Source: an uncultured Chloroflexia bacterium (GTDB lineage: Bacteria > Chloroflexota > Limnocylindria > Limnocylindrales > CSP1-4). From it: a stretch of DNA of 64,000 nucleotides. Both the position numbers and the translations under genes were made by a program. Under the pieces are notes generated by a model that did not search any database, was not told the origin of the DNA, and worked only from the letters and a program-made list of their open reading frames with translations. Location of the stretch: positions 846,484-910,483 of the forward strand of contig CAVRHM010000006.1 of assembly GCA_963721015.1 (NCBI GenBank). Direction: 5' to 3'. This document shows positions 41,769 to 56,802 of the stretch, one piece after another; the stretch's first letter is position 1, and each line of letters begins with the position of its first letter.

Positions 41769-42881
41769 GTGACCTTCATCGAAGGGGTCGAGTCGAGCAT
41801 CGCGCCGATCGTCGTGGTGTTCCTCGTGGCGACCTTGCTGGCGTACGTCATCACGCCGCTCGTCCGCCGGATCGTCCTGCGCTTCGACGTCGTCGATCGG
41901 CCCGAGGCCCGCCGGGTCAACACCGCTCCGGTCCCGCGGGCCGGTGGGCTGGCCATCGCCGCCGCGTTCCTGCTCGTGGCGTCCGCGTTCATCGCCCTCA
42001 ACGAGACGGCCGGCTGGGTGCCCACGCCGCTGACCCTGGCGTCGGGCGATCTGGCCGCCCTCCTGCTGGGCGGCGCCCTCGCAGCGGCCATCGGCGCGAT
42101 CGACGACCTGTTCGACCTGCGGGCGCGCTGGCAGCTCGCCGGCCAGGTTGGGCTGGCCTTGTTCGCCGTCGCGCTGGGCATCGGCGTCGACGTCATCGCC
42201 AACCCGTTCGGGAGCGGCGTGCTCCGGTTCAACGAGTTCTTCTCGGTCGGGTTCACCGTGTTCTGGATCGTCGGGATGATCAACAGCATCAACTGGATCG
42301 ACGGGCTGGATGGCCTGTCGTCGGGCATCGCCCTCATCGCCGCGGTGACCCTGGGCGTCATCAGCCTGACGACACAGGTCAGCCAACCGCTCATCGCCGT
42401 GTTGTGCTTCGCCCTGGCCGGGGCGTTGTTGGGCTTCCTGCGCTGGAACTTCCACCCGGCGACGATCTTCGCGGGCACGAGCGGGGTCCAGTTCGTGGGC
42501 TACTCGCTGGCCGTCCTGTCGATCCTGGGTTCGGCCAAGGTCGCCGTCGCGCTCCTGGTCCTCGGCGTGCCGATCATCGACACGTTCTGGATCATCGTCC
42601 GGCGCCTGCTCGACGGCCGGTCGCCGTTCGCGCCGGATCGGTCGCACATCCACCATCGGCTGCTCGACCTCGGTCTGTCACACCGCGACACGGTGTTCGT
42701 CATCTACGGGATCTGCGCGGCGCTCGGGCTGGTCGCCCTGGTCCTGTCCGAGGTGACCCAGCTCTACGCCTTCCTCGGCGTGTTCGTCGTGTCCGGCCTC
42801 GTCCTGTTCGGCCCGACCCGCGGTGCCTTCCGCCGGCCCGAGGAGCTGGAAGCGGAGGCCTACGAGCCCGACCCGCGATGA
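41769..42881 (+). CDS. Glycosyltransferase family 4 polyprenyl-phosphate sugar-1-phosphate transferase (WecA/TagO/MraY-like)
   Basis: IGAIDDLFDL, NSINWIDGLDGL, IFAGTSG, PDRSHIHHRL. Confidence 0.85.
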   Translation: MTFIEGVESSIAPIVVVFLVATLLAYVITPLVRRIVLRFDVVDRPEARRVNTAPVPRAGGLAIAAAFLLVASAFIALNETAGWVPTPLTLASGDLAALLLGGALAAAIGAIDDLFDLRARWQLAGQVGLALFAVALGIGVDVIANPFGSGVLRFNEFFSVGFTVFWIVGMINSINWIDGLDGLSSGIALIAAVTLGVISLTTQVSQPLIAVLCFALAGALLGFLRWNFHPATIFAGTSGVQFVGYSLAVLSILGSAKVAVALLVLGVPIIDTFWIIVRRLLDGRSPFAPDRSHIHHRLLDLGLSHRDTVFVIYGICAALGLVALVLSEVTQLYAFLGVFVVSGLVLFGPTRGAFRRPEELEAEAYEPDPR

Positions 42882-43012
42882 CTGGTCCGGTGGCGGGCCG
42901 GGTCGACATCGACGCCTTCGTCGTCATCCGCTGACCATCGCGCTCGACACCGGGTGCTAGCATCGCCGTCGATGCAGCCGTCCACTCGTGGCGCACCGGG
43001 GCGGGGAGCCGG

Positions 43013-44341
43013 ATGACCGGCGAACTCGTGCTCCTCGGGATGGCCGCCCTCGTCGCGGCCGGTCTGCTCACCCCCGTCGGACGCCGCCTGCTCAGGACGA
43101 CGGTGGACCTCATCGACGGGTCGCTCCTCGCCTACGGCCTGCGTCAGACGCTGGGGCTCGACACGACCACGCGGCGGGCACGACGGATCGCGCAGCGGCG
43201 CGCCGCGGAACAGGCCGAGATCGAGCGGCGGATCGGTGTCGGTGCGATGGGGTCGGCCATGCCGGCCGCCTTGCCGCCGACCCGCCTCGTCGCGTCCGGT
43301 GAGGCGTCGGGCGGCGGTCGATTCCGCCTGACGGCGTTCGGCGGCACCACCGTCACGCGCCAGCAGCACCTCCGGGACGCCGCCACCGCGCTGGCGGTCA
43401 TCGTCATCGCGGTCGTCGGGCTCAACCTCTTCGACAGCCGGACCGATGGCGGCGTGCTGAGCGCGACAGGCACGCCCGGTCCGGCGGCGACCGAGCCGTC
43501 CCCGACGACGAGCGCGTCGGCGACGGCCAGCCCGACCACGACGGCGTCGAACGGTTCGCTCTCGGCGGTCCCCGCCGGAGCCCCGGCCGCCGAGGCGACC
43601 GCCGGGCCGGCAGCGACGGCCGTGCCCGGGACACCGTCCCCGGTCGCCGGCGACGTGCCGCTCAACCCGATCACCTTCGAGCGCATCCGTTTCCGGATGA
43701 CCGGGACGCGGGCGGGCTCCACCGTCCAGGTCCGCCTGGCCTGGGCCGCCCACGACGCAGCCGACCGACGCGGTGCGGCTGCCGGGATCGATGGCTTCCG
43801 CCTCGAGGCACGCATCGACGGCGGTCGCTGGCGGCTGGTCGAGCGCCTGCCGGCCCGGACGACGTCGGTCGTCCAGGCCATCGACGTCGGGCGGTCGACG
43901 ACATTCCGCGTGCGCGCGACCGGCGAGGCGATCGCGAGCGAGGACGCGGGCCCGGCGGTCGCCACCTGGCCGGCCATGCGCCCCGTCCTCCTGCAGGACG
44001 GCGGCGGACGCATCGACTACAGCGGCGCGTGGCGCTCGGCCGAGGGCTCCAGCCTGTCCGGCGGCACCGTCCGGTTCGCGACCGGGGCCGGTGGCCGGGC
44101 GGCGATCCGGTTCCGGGGCACGGACGTCGGCTGGCTGGCCACCCTCACGCCGACGAGCGGCCGTGCCCGCGTCGTCCTGGACGGCCGGGTCGTGGCGACG
44201 GTCGACCTTCGCTCGAGCGCGGTCGCCTACCGCCAGCTCGTGTTCCGTCGCCATCTGCCGAGCGCCGGCCCGCACGTCCTGGAGATCCGTCCGCTGGGCG
44301 ACGGCCGCGTGGACCTCGACGCGATCGTCGCCCTGCGCTGA
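43013..44341 (+). CDS. Hypothetical membrane-anchored protein (442 aa) with Ala/Thr/Pro linker and beta-rich C-terminal domains
   Basis: N-terminal TM LVLLGMAALVAAGLL, a second TM, PT-rich linker, then Fn3/CBM-like repeats (FRLEARIDGGRWRLV...; IRFRGTDVGWLATL...RVVLDGRVV). No family recognised. Confidence 0.5.
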   Translation: MTGELVLLGMAALVAAGLLTPVGRRLLRTTVDLIDGSLLAYGLRQTLGLDTTTRRARRIAQRRAAEQAEIERRIGVGAMGSAMPAALPPTRLVASGEASGGGRFRLTAFGGTTVTRQQHLRDAATALAVIVIAVVGLNLFDSRTDGGVLSATGTPGPAATEPSPTTSASATASPTTTASNGSLSAVPAGAPAAEATAGPAATAVPGTPSPVAGDVPLNPITFERIRFRMTGTRAGSTVQVRLAWAAHDAADRRGAAAGIDGFRLEARIDGGRWRLVERLPARTTSVVQAIDVGRSTTFRVRATGEAIASEDAGPAVATWPAMRPVLLQDGGGRIDYSGAWRSAEGSSLSGGTVRFATGAGGRAAIRFRGTDVGWLATLTPTSGRARVVLDGRVVATVDLRSSAVAYRQLVFRRHLPSAGPHVLEIRPLGDGRVDLDAIVALR

Positions 44342-44428
44342 GGCGAGCGACCGCCAGCGACCCCGACCCCGTTCGTGGCGGTCTCGGACGCGCACCTGCT
44401 ACACTACGGCCGCCTTGACAGGTCGCCC

Positions 44429-44650
44429 ATGAGCGAGTCCGGGACCGGGCTCGGGTATCTCGTCCTCTTCACCGAGATCGGTTTCACCCTTCTGGTCACG
44501 ACGCTGCTGGGCGCGCTCGGCGGCTATTGGCTCGACGAGCGCCTCGGGACGGCTCCGCTCCTCGGGCTGATCGGCTTCCTCGCCGGCGCCGGGATCGGGA
44601 CGTACGGGATCTACAAGCTGGTGAGTCGCTTCCTGGCGACCATCGAATGA
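44429..44650 (+). CDS. AtpZ/AtpI-like small membrane protein of the ATP synthase operon
   Basis: 73 aa, two TM helices (GYLVLFTEIGFTLLVTTLLGALGGYWLD; LLGLIGFLAGAGIGTYGIY), directly before atpB. Confidence 0.55.
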   Translation: MSESGTGLGYLVLFTEIGFTLLVTTLLGALGGYWLDERLGTAPLLGLIGFLAGAGIGTYGIYKLVSRFLATIE

Positions 44651-44721
44651 GGAGACGGTCGGTGCCGGCCCCGCGGCGACCGACCAAGGATGGCCCGAGC
44701 GCGGCGTGACGCCGCGCTCCT

Positions 44722-45786
44722 GTGTGTGGAGCGACCGTGACGAGCGAAGGACCCGCCGCGATCGAGAACCCCGCGCCCGCGCGCCGGCGGAGTCGCAAGG
44801 TCGATTGGCTGCTCATCGTCGGGCTGGTCATCGTCGCCAACCTGGTCGCGTTCCTACTCTTCCCGCCGTTCGACAAGGAGCACCCCGATTCCGGGGAGTG
44901 CGCCTATCCGGTCTGCTACATCGAAGGCACGCTCGAGCTCGTCGCCCCGGAGCCGGTGTGGCCGCCGGAGGCGGTCGAGCAAGCCCACCATGATCACGAG
45001 GAAGGCATCGCCCCGCCGCTCCTGACCTGGGACATCAGCATCACCAACACGATCCTCACGATGTGGATCATCACCGTGCTGCTGATCGTCGGCCTGCTCC
45101 TGATGACCCGGAAGCGGGACATGATCCCGGGTCGCGCCCAGAACGCGATCGAGGCCCTGTACGACGGCCTGCAGGGATTCGCCCTGTCGCTGGGCGGTCC
45201 GGCCGCCAAGACCTATGTCCCGCTGTTCGTGACCCTGTTCATCTACATCCTGCTGTGCAACTGGAGCGGCCTGCTGCCGTTCGTCGGCCGGATCCCGCTG
45301 TTCCGGGCCCCGACCAGCGACGTGAACATCACGATCGGGCTGGCCCTCGTCGCCTTCTTCATCTTCCACATCGAAGGCGTCCGCCGGCTCGGCGCCGGGG
45401 GCTACTTCGGCAAGTTCCTGCCCCTGCGGGAGTTCAAGCAGGGCATCGGCGCCGGGATCATCGCCCTGTTCGTCGGCCTCATCGAGCTCATGCTCGAGTT
45501 CGTCAAGCCGCTCACGCTGTCGATGCGACTCTTCGGCAACATCTACGGTGGTGAGGTCGCGCTGGGCGTGATCCTGGCCCTGACCATCGCCTTCTTCCCC
45601 GTCGCGCTGTACGGCCTGGAGCTCATGCTCAACACCGTCCAGGCGCTCATCTTCGCCGTCCTCACGCTCATGTTCACCCTGGCGGCCATCGAAGGCCACC
45701 ACGAGGAGCATGCCGACCACACCGCGCCGATCGCCAGTCCCATGGGTCCCGACGAGATGGACCAGCTGGCGGCACCGGCGCACTGA
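44722..45786 (+). CDS. atpB: F0F1 ATP synthase subunit a (with ~100-aa N-terminal extension; start uncertain)
   Basis: LTLSMRLFGNIYGGEV (essential Arg), NTVQALIFAVLTLMF. Confidence 0.9.
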   Translation: MCGATVTSEGPAAIENPAPARRRSRKVDWLLIVGLVIVANLVAFLLFPPFDKEHPDSGECAYPVCYIEGTLELVAPEPVWPPEAVEQAHHDHEEGIAPPLLTWDISITNTILTMWIITVLLIVGLLLMTRKRDMIPGRAQNAIEALYDGLQGFALSLGGPAAKTYVPLFVTLFIYILLCNWSGLLPFVGRIPLFRAPTSDVNITIGLALVAFFIFHIEGVRRLGAGGYFGKFLPLREFKQGIGAGIIALFVGLIELMLEFVKPLTLSMRLFGNIYGGEVALGVILALTIAFFPVALYGLELMLNTVQALIFAVLTLMFTLAAIEGHHEEHADHTAPIASPMGPDEMDQLAAPAH

Positions 45787-45844
45787 CCACCCAGGTCCCG
45801 AAGGATCCCGGACCGTCGGTCCGGGGATAGGAGGAACAGCACAC

Positions 45845-46057
45845 ATGGAAATGATCGGCGCGGGCCTCGCGGCCCTCGGCGTGCTCGGCCCGGGCATCGG
45901 CATCGGCATCCTCGGCGGCCTGTCGTCGAGCGCCATCGGCCGGAATCCCGACGCGGCCGGCCAGATCCGCGGCCTCGCGATCATCCTCGCGGCGTTCGCT
46001 GAGGGCCTCGGCGTCCTCGCGGTCGTGGTCGGCCTGCTCATCGTCTTCACCGCCTAG
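45845..46057 (+). CDS. atpE: F0F1 ATP synthase subunit c
   Basis: MEMIGAGLAALGV...AIGRNPDAAG...LAAFAEGLGVLAVVVGLLI. GGAGG SD upstream. Confidence 0.93.
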   Translation: MEMIGAGLAALGVLGPGIGIGILGGLSSSAIGRNPDAAGQIRGLAIILAAFAEGLGVLAVVVGLLIVFTA

Positions 46058-46098
46058 GCCGACGTGGTCGACCGGACGGAGACGGAGGGACAGCGGAC

Positions 46099-46596
46099 AT
46101 GACGATCAACCTGTTCTGGGTGCTCGTCAGTGCCATCAACTTCCTGCTCCTGCTGGCCATCATCTGGACGTTCGCGTTCAAGCCACTGGCCAAGACCCTC
46201 GACGACCGCAAGGCGGCCATCGAGCAGGGGCTCAAGGACGCCGAGCAGGCGCGCCGCGATCGAGAGAGCGCGGAAGCGGAGCGTGCGGCGACCCTGGGGG
46301 AGGCCCGGCGCGAGGCGAACGACATCCTGACCCGAGCCCAGAAGGTGGCCCAGGAGAGCCGTGACGCGGACATCGCCGCGACCCGCGAGGAGCTCGAGCG
46401 GATGCGCACTCGCGCCACCGCCGAGATCGAGGCGGAGAAGACGCGCGCCATCGGCGAGCTGCGAGCCGAGGTCGCCGACCTCGCCCTGGCGGCCGCGGGC
46501 CGTGTCGTCGGCGAGACGATGTCCGATGACCGCCAGCGCCGGCTGGTCCAGGAGTTCCTGGCCACGTCCGGTCGGGGCGAGCGGACGGCTGGCTGA
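46099..46596 (+). CDS. atpF: F0F1 ATP synthase subunit b
   Basis: N-terminal TM, then a long charged helix. KPLAKTLDDRKAAIEQGLKDAEQAR. Confidence 0.85.
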   Translation: MTINLFWVLVSAINFLLLLAIIWTFAFKPLAKTLDDRKAAIEQGLKDAEQARRDRESAEAERAATLGEARREANDILTRAQKVAQESRDADIAATREELERMRTRATAEIEAEKTRAIGELRAEVADLALAAAGRVVGETMSDDRQRRLVQEFLATSGRGERTAG

Positions 46597-47141
46597 TGGC
46601 CCGTCGGGACACGGCCCCGCGGCGGTACGCCGAAGCGGCCTTCGAGATCGCCCAGCGCGACGGCACCGTCGAGCGCTGGCGGTCCGAGCTGGAGGCGGCC
46701 TCGGCCATCGTCGGTGACGAACGCGCCCTGCGCGCGCTCGCCAACCCGTCCGTGCCCATCGACCAGCGCTCGATGGCGGTCGCGGCGTTGCTCCAGGGCA
46801 TCGCCTCCGACCCTGTCCAGAACCTCATCCAGCTGCTCCTGCGCCGGGGTCGGATCGAAGGGCTGCCGCGCGTCGCCGCGGAGTTCCGCCGTCTCGACGA
46901 CCGCCGTCAGGGCATCACCCACGCCACAGCCACGAGCGCCGCACCGCTCACGCCGGACGAGGTCCAGGCGTTGACCCAGCGGCTCGAACGATCCACCGGC
47001 GGTCGCATCGCCCTCGACGTCCAGGTCGATCCCAGCCTGCTGGGTGGCCTCGTCGTGCGCGTCGGTGACCGCATGATCGACGGGAGCGTCCGAGGTCGCC
47101 TGGAGCGGCTGCGGAATCAGCTCATCTCGGGCGCCCTCTAG
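46596..47141 (+). CDS. atpH: F0F1 ATP synthase subunit delta
   Basis: RRYAEAAFEIA..., LLGGLVVRVGDRMIDGSVRGRLERL. TGATG overlap with atpF. Confidence 0.85.
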   Translation: MARRDTAPRRYAEAAFEIAQRDGTVERWRSELEAASAIVGDERALRALANPSVPIDQRSMAVAALLQGIASDPVQNLIQLLLRRGRIEGLPRVAAEFRRLDDRRQGITHATATSAAPLTPDEVQALTQRLERSTGGRIALDVQVDPSLLGGLVVRVGDRMIDGSVRGRLERLRNQLISGAL

Positions 47142-47153
47142 GAGTTCGCAGCC

Positions 47154-48689
<1,536 letters not shown>

Positions 48690-48847
48690 CCGGCGCCCCC
48701 ACGGAGATCGACTTGAGAAACCGGCGCTGTGGCGCTTCACGGCAAGGCGACCGCGAGGACGCGAGCGAGCGCACCCCAAGGTGCGTGAGCGAGCGCCCGC
48801 AGCGGGCAACGCGGCCGTGGAGTGATCACGGCGACGGCTGAGGTTTC

Positions 48848-49699
48848 ATGGCAAGCCAACGCGATATCCGGCGCCGGATCGGCGCCGTACGCAACATCAA
48901 GCAGATCACGCGGGCGATGCAGTTCGTGGCCGCGTCCAAGTTGAAGCGCGCCCAGGACTCGACGCTCGCCGCCCGGCCGTACAGCGAGAAGCTGGACGAG
49001 GTCCTCGCCGACCTCGCGGCCGTGCTCGGGGCGGAGGACCACCCGCTCCTGGCCGAGCGTGAGGGCGGCAAGCGCCTGCTCGTGCTCATCACGACCGACC
49101 GCGGCCTGGCCGGCCCGCTGAACACGAACACCATCCGGTACGCCTCGCGCGAGATCCTCGACCACCCGGGCGACCTGACCGTCATCACCGTGGGCCGCAA
49201 AGGCCGCGACGCGATGCGCCGCTCGGGCGTCCCGCTGGAGGCCCACTTCGCCGGCTTCGGCGACCGGCCGGTGTTCGGCGACGTCATCCCGCTGGCCCGG
49301 CTCATCGCCGACGACTTCCTGGCCGGCACGTACGGCCGCGTCGACATCGTCTACAGCCGGTTCGTCACCACGCTCACTCAGCGGCCGGAGATCCTCCAGC
49401 TGCTGCCGATCCGCCCGACCGAGGACACCGAGGGCATCCCCGGTGGCCAGTTCATCTTCGAGCCGAGCGCCGCGGCCGTCCTCCAGCAGCTGCTCCCGCG
49501 CTATGTCGCGACGCGGCTGTTCCAGGCCGTCCTCGAGGGCAAGGCCAGCGAGGAGTCGAGCCGGATGGTCGCGATGAAGAACGCGACCGAGAACGCCGAG
49601 GACCTCATCGAAGACTTGACCCTTTCCTACAACAAGGTTCGCCAGTCGAACATCACCCGCGAGATGATCGAGATCGCGTCCGGCGCCCAGGCACGCTAG
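48848..49699 (+). CDS. atpG: F0F1 ATP synthase subunit gamma
   Basis: IRRRIGAVRNIKQITRAMQFVAASKL..., YNKVRQSNITREMIEIASGA. Confidence 0.95.
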   Translation: MASQRDIRRRIGAVRNIKQITRAMQFVAASKLKRAQDSTLAARPYSEKLDEVLADLAAVLGAEDHPLLAEREGGKRLLVLITTDRGLAGPLNTNTIRYASREILDHPGDLTVITVGRKGRDAMRRSGVPLEAHFAGFGDRPVFGDVIPLARLIADDFLAGTYGRVDIVYSRFVTTLTQRPEILQLLPIRPTEDTEGIPGGQFIFEPSAAAVLQQLLPRYVATRLFQAVLEGKASEESSRMVAMKNATENAEDLIEDLTLSYNKVRQSNITREMIEIASGAQAR

Positions 49700-51178
<1,479 letters not shown>

Positions 51179-51179
51179 C

Positions 51180-51605
51180 ATGACCATCCAGCTGGAGATC
51201 GTCACGCCCGAGCGCCTCGCCTATGCGGACGAGGTCGATTCGGTCGTGCTGCCGGGCTCGGAAGGCGAGCTGGGGGTGCTCCCGCATCACGCCCCGTTGG
51301 TGTCGATGCTCGGCGTCGGCGAGCTGCGCATCCGCAAGGGCGGGGCGGAGGAGTCGTTCGCCATCGTCGGCGGCTTCCTGCAAGTCCGCCCGGACAAGGT
51401 CGTGGTCATGGCCGAGACCGCCGACATGGCCAGCGAGATCGACCTCGAGAAGGCGCAGGAAGCGCGCCGTGAGGCGGAGCAGGCGCTCCAGTCCGGCTAC
51501 CACGAGGGTGCCGACCTGGCGGCCGCGCGGGCCCAGCTACAGCAGGCGCTCCTCCGGATCCGGGTCGCCGAGCGGCGCCACCGCGAGGGGCCCCGGCGCC
51601 GCTAG
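51180..51605 (+). CDS. atpC: F0F1 ATP synthase subunit epsilon
   Basis: LEIVTPERLAY...GELGVLPHHAPLVSML... Confidence 0.93.
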   Translation: MTIQLEIVTPERLAYADEVDSVVLPGSEGELGVLPHHAPLVSMLGVGELRIRKGGAEESFAIVGGFLQVRPDKVVVMAETADMASEIDLEKAQEARREAEQALQSGYHEGADLAAARAQLQQALLRIRVAERRHREGPRRR

Positions 51606-51608
51606 GCC

Positions 51609-53951
<2,343 letters not shown>

Positions 53952-54018
53952 TCGGCCGCATGGACACCGCGGGGGCGACGACGGGCGGCGTCGCGTCCGG
54001 CGCCAGGGCCAGACATCG

Positions 54019-54705
54019 ATGATCACCGACCGAGCGTTCATCGACCTTCACTGCCACACGTCCGCGTCGTTCGATAGCCTCGCCGATCCGGTGGCGGTCG
54101 CCCGAGCGGCGGCATCGCGCGGGCTGACCCACCTGGCGGTGACCGACCACGACCGCATCGACGGGGCGCTTCGGGCTCGCGACGCGGCGCCCGACGGCCT
54201 GACCGTCATCATCGGCGAGGAGGTCAAGACGGCCGACGGCGACGTCATCTGCGTCTTCCTCGAGCGGGCCATCCCGCCGGGCCTGCCGGCGGCCGAGACG
54301 ATCGCCGCCGCGCGCGACCAGGGTGGCCTGGTCGGCATCGCCCATCCGTTCGACCGGTTCCGCGGGTCCATCGGCAAAGAGGCACGGATCGCCACGCTGG
54401 CCCCGCTCGTCGACTGGGTCGAGACGCACAACGCCCGGATCGTCGGCCACGGCAACGAGGACGCGGTCGCCTTCGCCCAGTCCACGGGGCTGCCCGGCGT
54501 GGCCGTGTCGGACGCGCACTCCGTGCTCGAGGTGGCGGTCGCCTACACCGCGATCGACGGCGATCCATCGACCCCGGCCGGTCTCCTGGCCGGCCTGCCG
54601 ACGGCCGAGCTGGTGCCGGGCCGGGCCACCTACGCGGTCCGGCTGTGGACCCCGATCGCCAAGGGCGTCCAGCGTGTGCGAGGCAACCGGCGGGTCCATC
54701 CATGA
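54019..54705 (+). CDS. PHP-domain metal-dependent phosphoesterase
   Basis: IDLHCHTSASFDS, LAVTDHD, IAHPF, VSDAH: the histidine-rich PHP motifs. Confidence 0.7.
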   Translation: MITDRAFIDLHCHTSASFDSLADPVAVARAAASRGLTHLAVTDHDRIDGALRARDAAPDGLTVIIGEEVKTADGDVICVFLERAIPPGLPAAETIAAARDQGGLVGIAHPFDRFRGSIGKEARIATLAPLVDWVETHNARIVGHGNEDAVAFAQSTGLPGVAVSDAHSVLEVAVAYTAIDGDPSTPAGLLAGLPTAELVPGRATYAVRLWTPIAKGVQRVRGNRRVHP

Positions 54706-54721
54706 TCCCCGCCGACCGCGC

Positions 54722-55951
54722 ATGACCGGGCAGGACCATCGGCCGATGGAAGAGCCGACGACCGGAGACGTACCGTCGGCGCCGATGGAGGCTACCCCAG
54801 CATTCGACCCGCGGGCCGCCGTCGGCGCCCCCACGCCGGCGGACACCGCGACCCCACCGCTCTCCAGCGCGCCACCGGCGCCGGTCCCGGACGAGGCCGT
54901 CCCGGACGCGACCCAGATGTCGATCATGCGGCGGATCCGCCAGCCGCGGACGATCATCTCGATCGCCATCCCGATCCTCATCATCGGGATCTTCGTCTAC
55001 CTCAACGGCGAGCAACTCAAGCTCGTCCCGATCCTCATCCTCGAGGCCAACCCGGTCATCGTCCTGGCCGCCTTCGCGGTCTTCTACCTGGGCTTCCCGC
55101 TGCGCGGCTGGCGCTGGGCCATCCTGCTGCGAGGGACCGGCCTGCGCGTCCCGGTGAAGGACTCCACCGAGATCATCTTCCTGTCGTGGCTGGTCAACTG
55201 CGTCGCCCCGGCCAAGCTCGGCGACGTGTACCGCGCCTACCTCCTGAAGATCAACAGCACGGCGTCCCTGTCGCGGACGTTCGGGACGATCTTCACCGAA
55301 CGGGTGCTGGACCTGTTCGTCATCTCCATCCTCGGGATCGCGGCCGGCTACTGGAGCTTCCGCAACGGCCTGCCGGACGTCATCGAGCTCGTCTTCGCCC
55401 TGGGCCTGGTGATCATGGTCGTGCTGGCCATCGGGCTGTTCACGATGCGCAACTTCGGGCGCCGGATCATCGTCGCGCTGCGCTTCCTGCCGCACAGCGT
55501 CCTGGAGCTCTACGATCGCTTCGAGGAAGGCGTCTTCGGGGCGATGGACCGCCGCCAGCTGCCGATCCTCCTGATCCTGTCGACGATGATCTGGATGACC
55601 GAGGCGTTGCGCCTGTACCTGGTCGTCCAGGCGTTCGGCTTCTCGGACGTCACCCTGGGGCTGTCGGGGGCGGTCTTCGTCGCCCTCATCGGGTCGCTCC
55701 TGACGGCCGTGCCGCTCAGCCCGGCCGGCCTCGGCATCGTCGAGGCGGGCGTCGTCGGGGTCCTGACCGTGGCTTACGGCGTGACCCTGCCCGAGGCGAC
55801 GGCCATCGCCCTCCTGGACCGGGTCATCAGCGTGTTCTCGGTCATCGTCTTCGGCTCGATCGCCTACGTCTGGTCGCCGAAGCCGCGTGGCGAGGGGATG
55901 ATCCCGCAGCCCGACCAGATCGAGCCGAGGGCCCTGCCCAACCCCGCCTGA
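54722..55951 (+). CDS. Flippase-like / lysylphosphatidylglycerol-synthase TM-region family (UPF0104) membrane protein
   Basis: FPLRGWRWAILL, CVAPAKLGDVYRAYLL, FTERVLDL, LSPAGLGIVEAG. About 8 TM segments. Confidence 0.7.
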   Translation: MTGQDHRPMEEPTTGDVPSAPMEATPAFDPRAAVGAPTPADTATPPLSSAPPAPVPDEAVPDATQMSIMRRIRQPRTIISIAIPILIIGIFVYLNGEQLKLVPILILEANPVIVLAAFAVFYLGFPLRGWRWAILLRGTGLRVPVKDSTEIIFLSWLVNCVAPAKLGDVYRAYLLKINSTASLSRTFGTIFTERVLDLFVISILGIAAGYWSFRNGLPDVIELVFALGLVIMVVLAIGLFTMRNFGRRIIVALRFLPHSVLELYDRFEEGVFGAMDRRQLPILLILSTMIWMTEALRLYLVVQAFGFSDVTLGLSGAVFVALIGSLLTAVPLSPAGLGIVEAGVVGVLTVAYGVTLPEATAIALLDRVISVFSVIVFGSIAYVWSPKPRGEGMIPQPDQIEPRALPNPA

Positions 55952-56256
55952 GCGTGGCCGATGCGGCGCGCGATGTGTCCGAACCGCCATGCGTCTGCAA
56001 CGCCCCCACGCTGGGATGCCCGGCGCAGGCGTGAAACGCACCCGGTACGTTGGTCCTGGGGGTTCCTCTCCGTACCACCGCGCCAGACCCGGAGCGACCG
56101 CACCTGACCCGCCCTCGCCGCTCAGGGATCACGCTTCCGCCCTTGGTACGAACGGGTGATACAGCGGCCACGACGCCCTGCCCATCATCGAGGCATCGAG
56201 GCACCGACCGCGCGGCACCGGCCGCACGTGAACGACCCTAGGAGCGCCCAGGCAGC

Positions 56257-56802
56257 ATGACCACCCAGAACGGCCGAGCGTTCAACGAATGGCTTCGAGC
56301 CCAGCTCAAGGCCAAGAAGATGTCGCAGCGCCAGCTCGCACAGCAGTCCGGCGTCGACCATTCGACGATCTCTCGGCTCATCCGCGGCGATCGCATGCCG
56401 TCCCTCGGCACCGCGACGAAGCTCGCGCGGGGCCTGCGGGAGCTCCGTGACGACGCGGACACGCCCCAGTATCTCGGGCTGGTCGCCTCGGGCTCCACGA
56501 ACCCGACCGCACGCGTCGAGTACGCGCTTCGCGCCGACGAGCTCCTGAGCGAGGCCCAGGTCCGCCAGATCATGGAGTACTACCTGGCCGTGCGGATGCG
56601 CCGCTACGGCCGCTCGTATACCGCGGACGGGTCCGGCAGCTCCACGAACAACGAGCGCGGTCCCGAGCGTCAGCTCGGCTCAGCCGCCTCCGGGCGCCCG
56701 ATGAGTGTCGGGCGGGTCGGTGGCGTCGGCGGGATCGGCACGGCCGTGAGCACGGTCCGGACCGTCAGCCGCGCCCCCAGCCGGGAGCCCGGCCGCTACT
56801 AG
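56257..56802 (+). CDS. XRE-family HTH transcriptional regulator with disordered Gly/Ser-rich C-terminus
   Basis: LKAKKMSQRQLAQQSGVDHSTISRLIRGDRMPSLGTATKLARGL. Confidence 0.75.
   Translation: MTTQNGRAFNEWLRAQLKAKKMSQRQLAQQSGVDHSTISRLIRGDRMPSLGTATKLARGLRELRDDADTPQYLGLVASGSTNPTARVEYALRADELLSEAQVRQIMEYYLAVRMRRYGRSYTADGSGSSTNNERGPERQLGSAASGRPMSVGRVGGVGGIGTAVSTVRTVSRAPSREPGRY

Noticed and set aside
56040-56080. A tRNA or tRNA remnant in the 55952-56256 spacer (the ...GGGGTTCCTCTCCGTACCACCGCGCCA string).
   Set aside because: No complementary T-stem, no GTTCRANYC loop consensus, and no acceptor stem pairing could be built.
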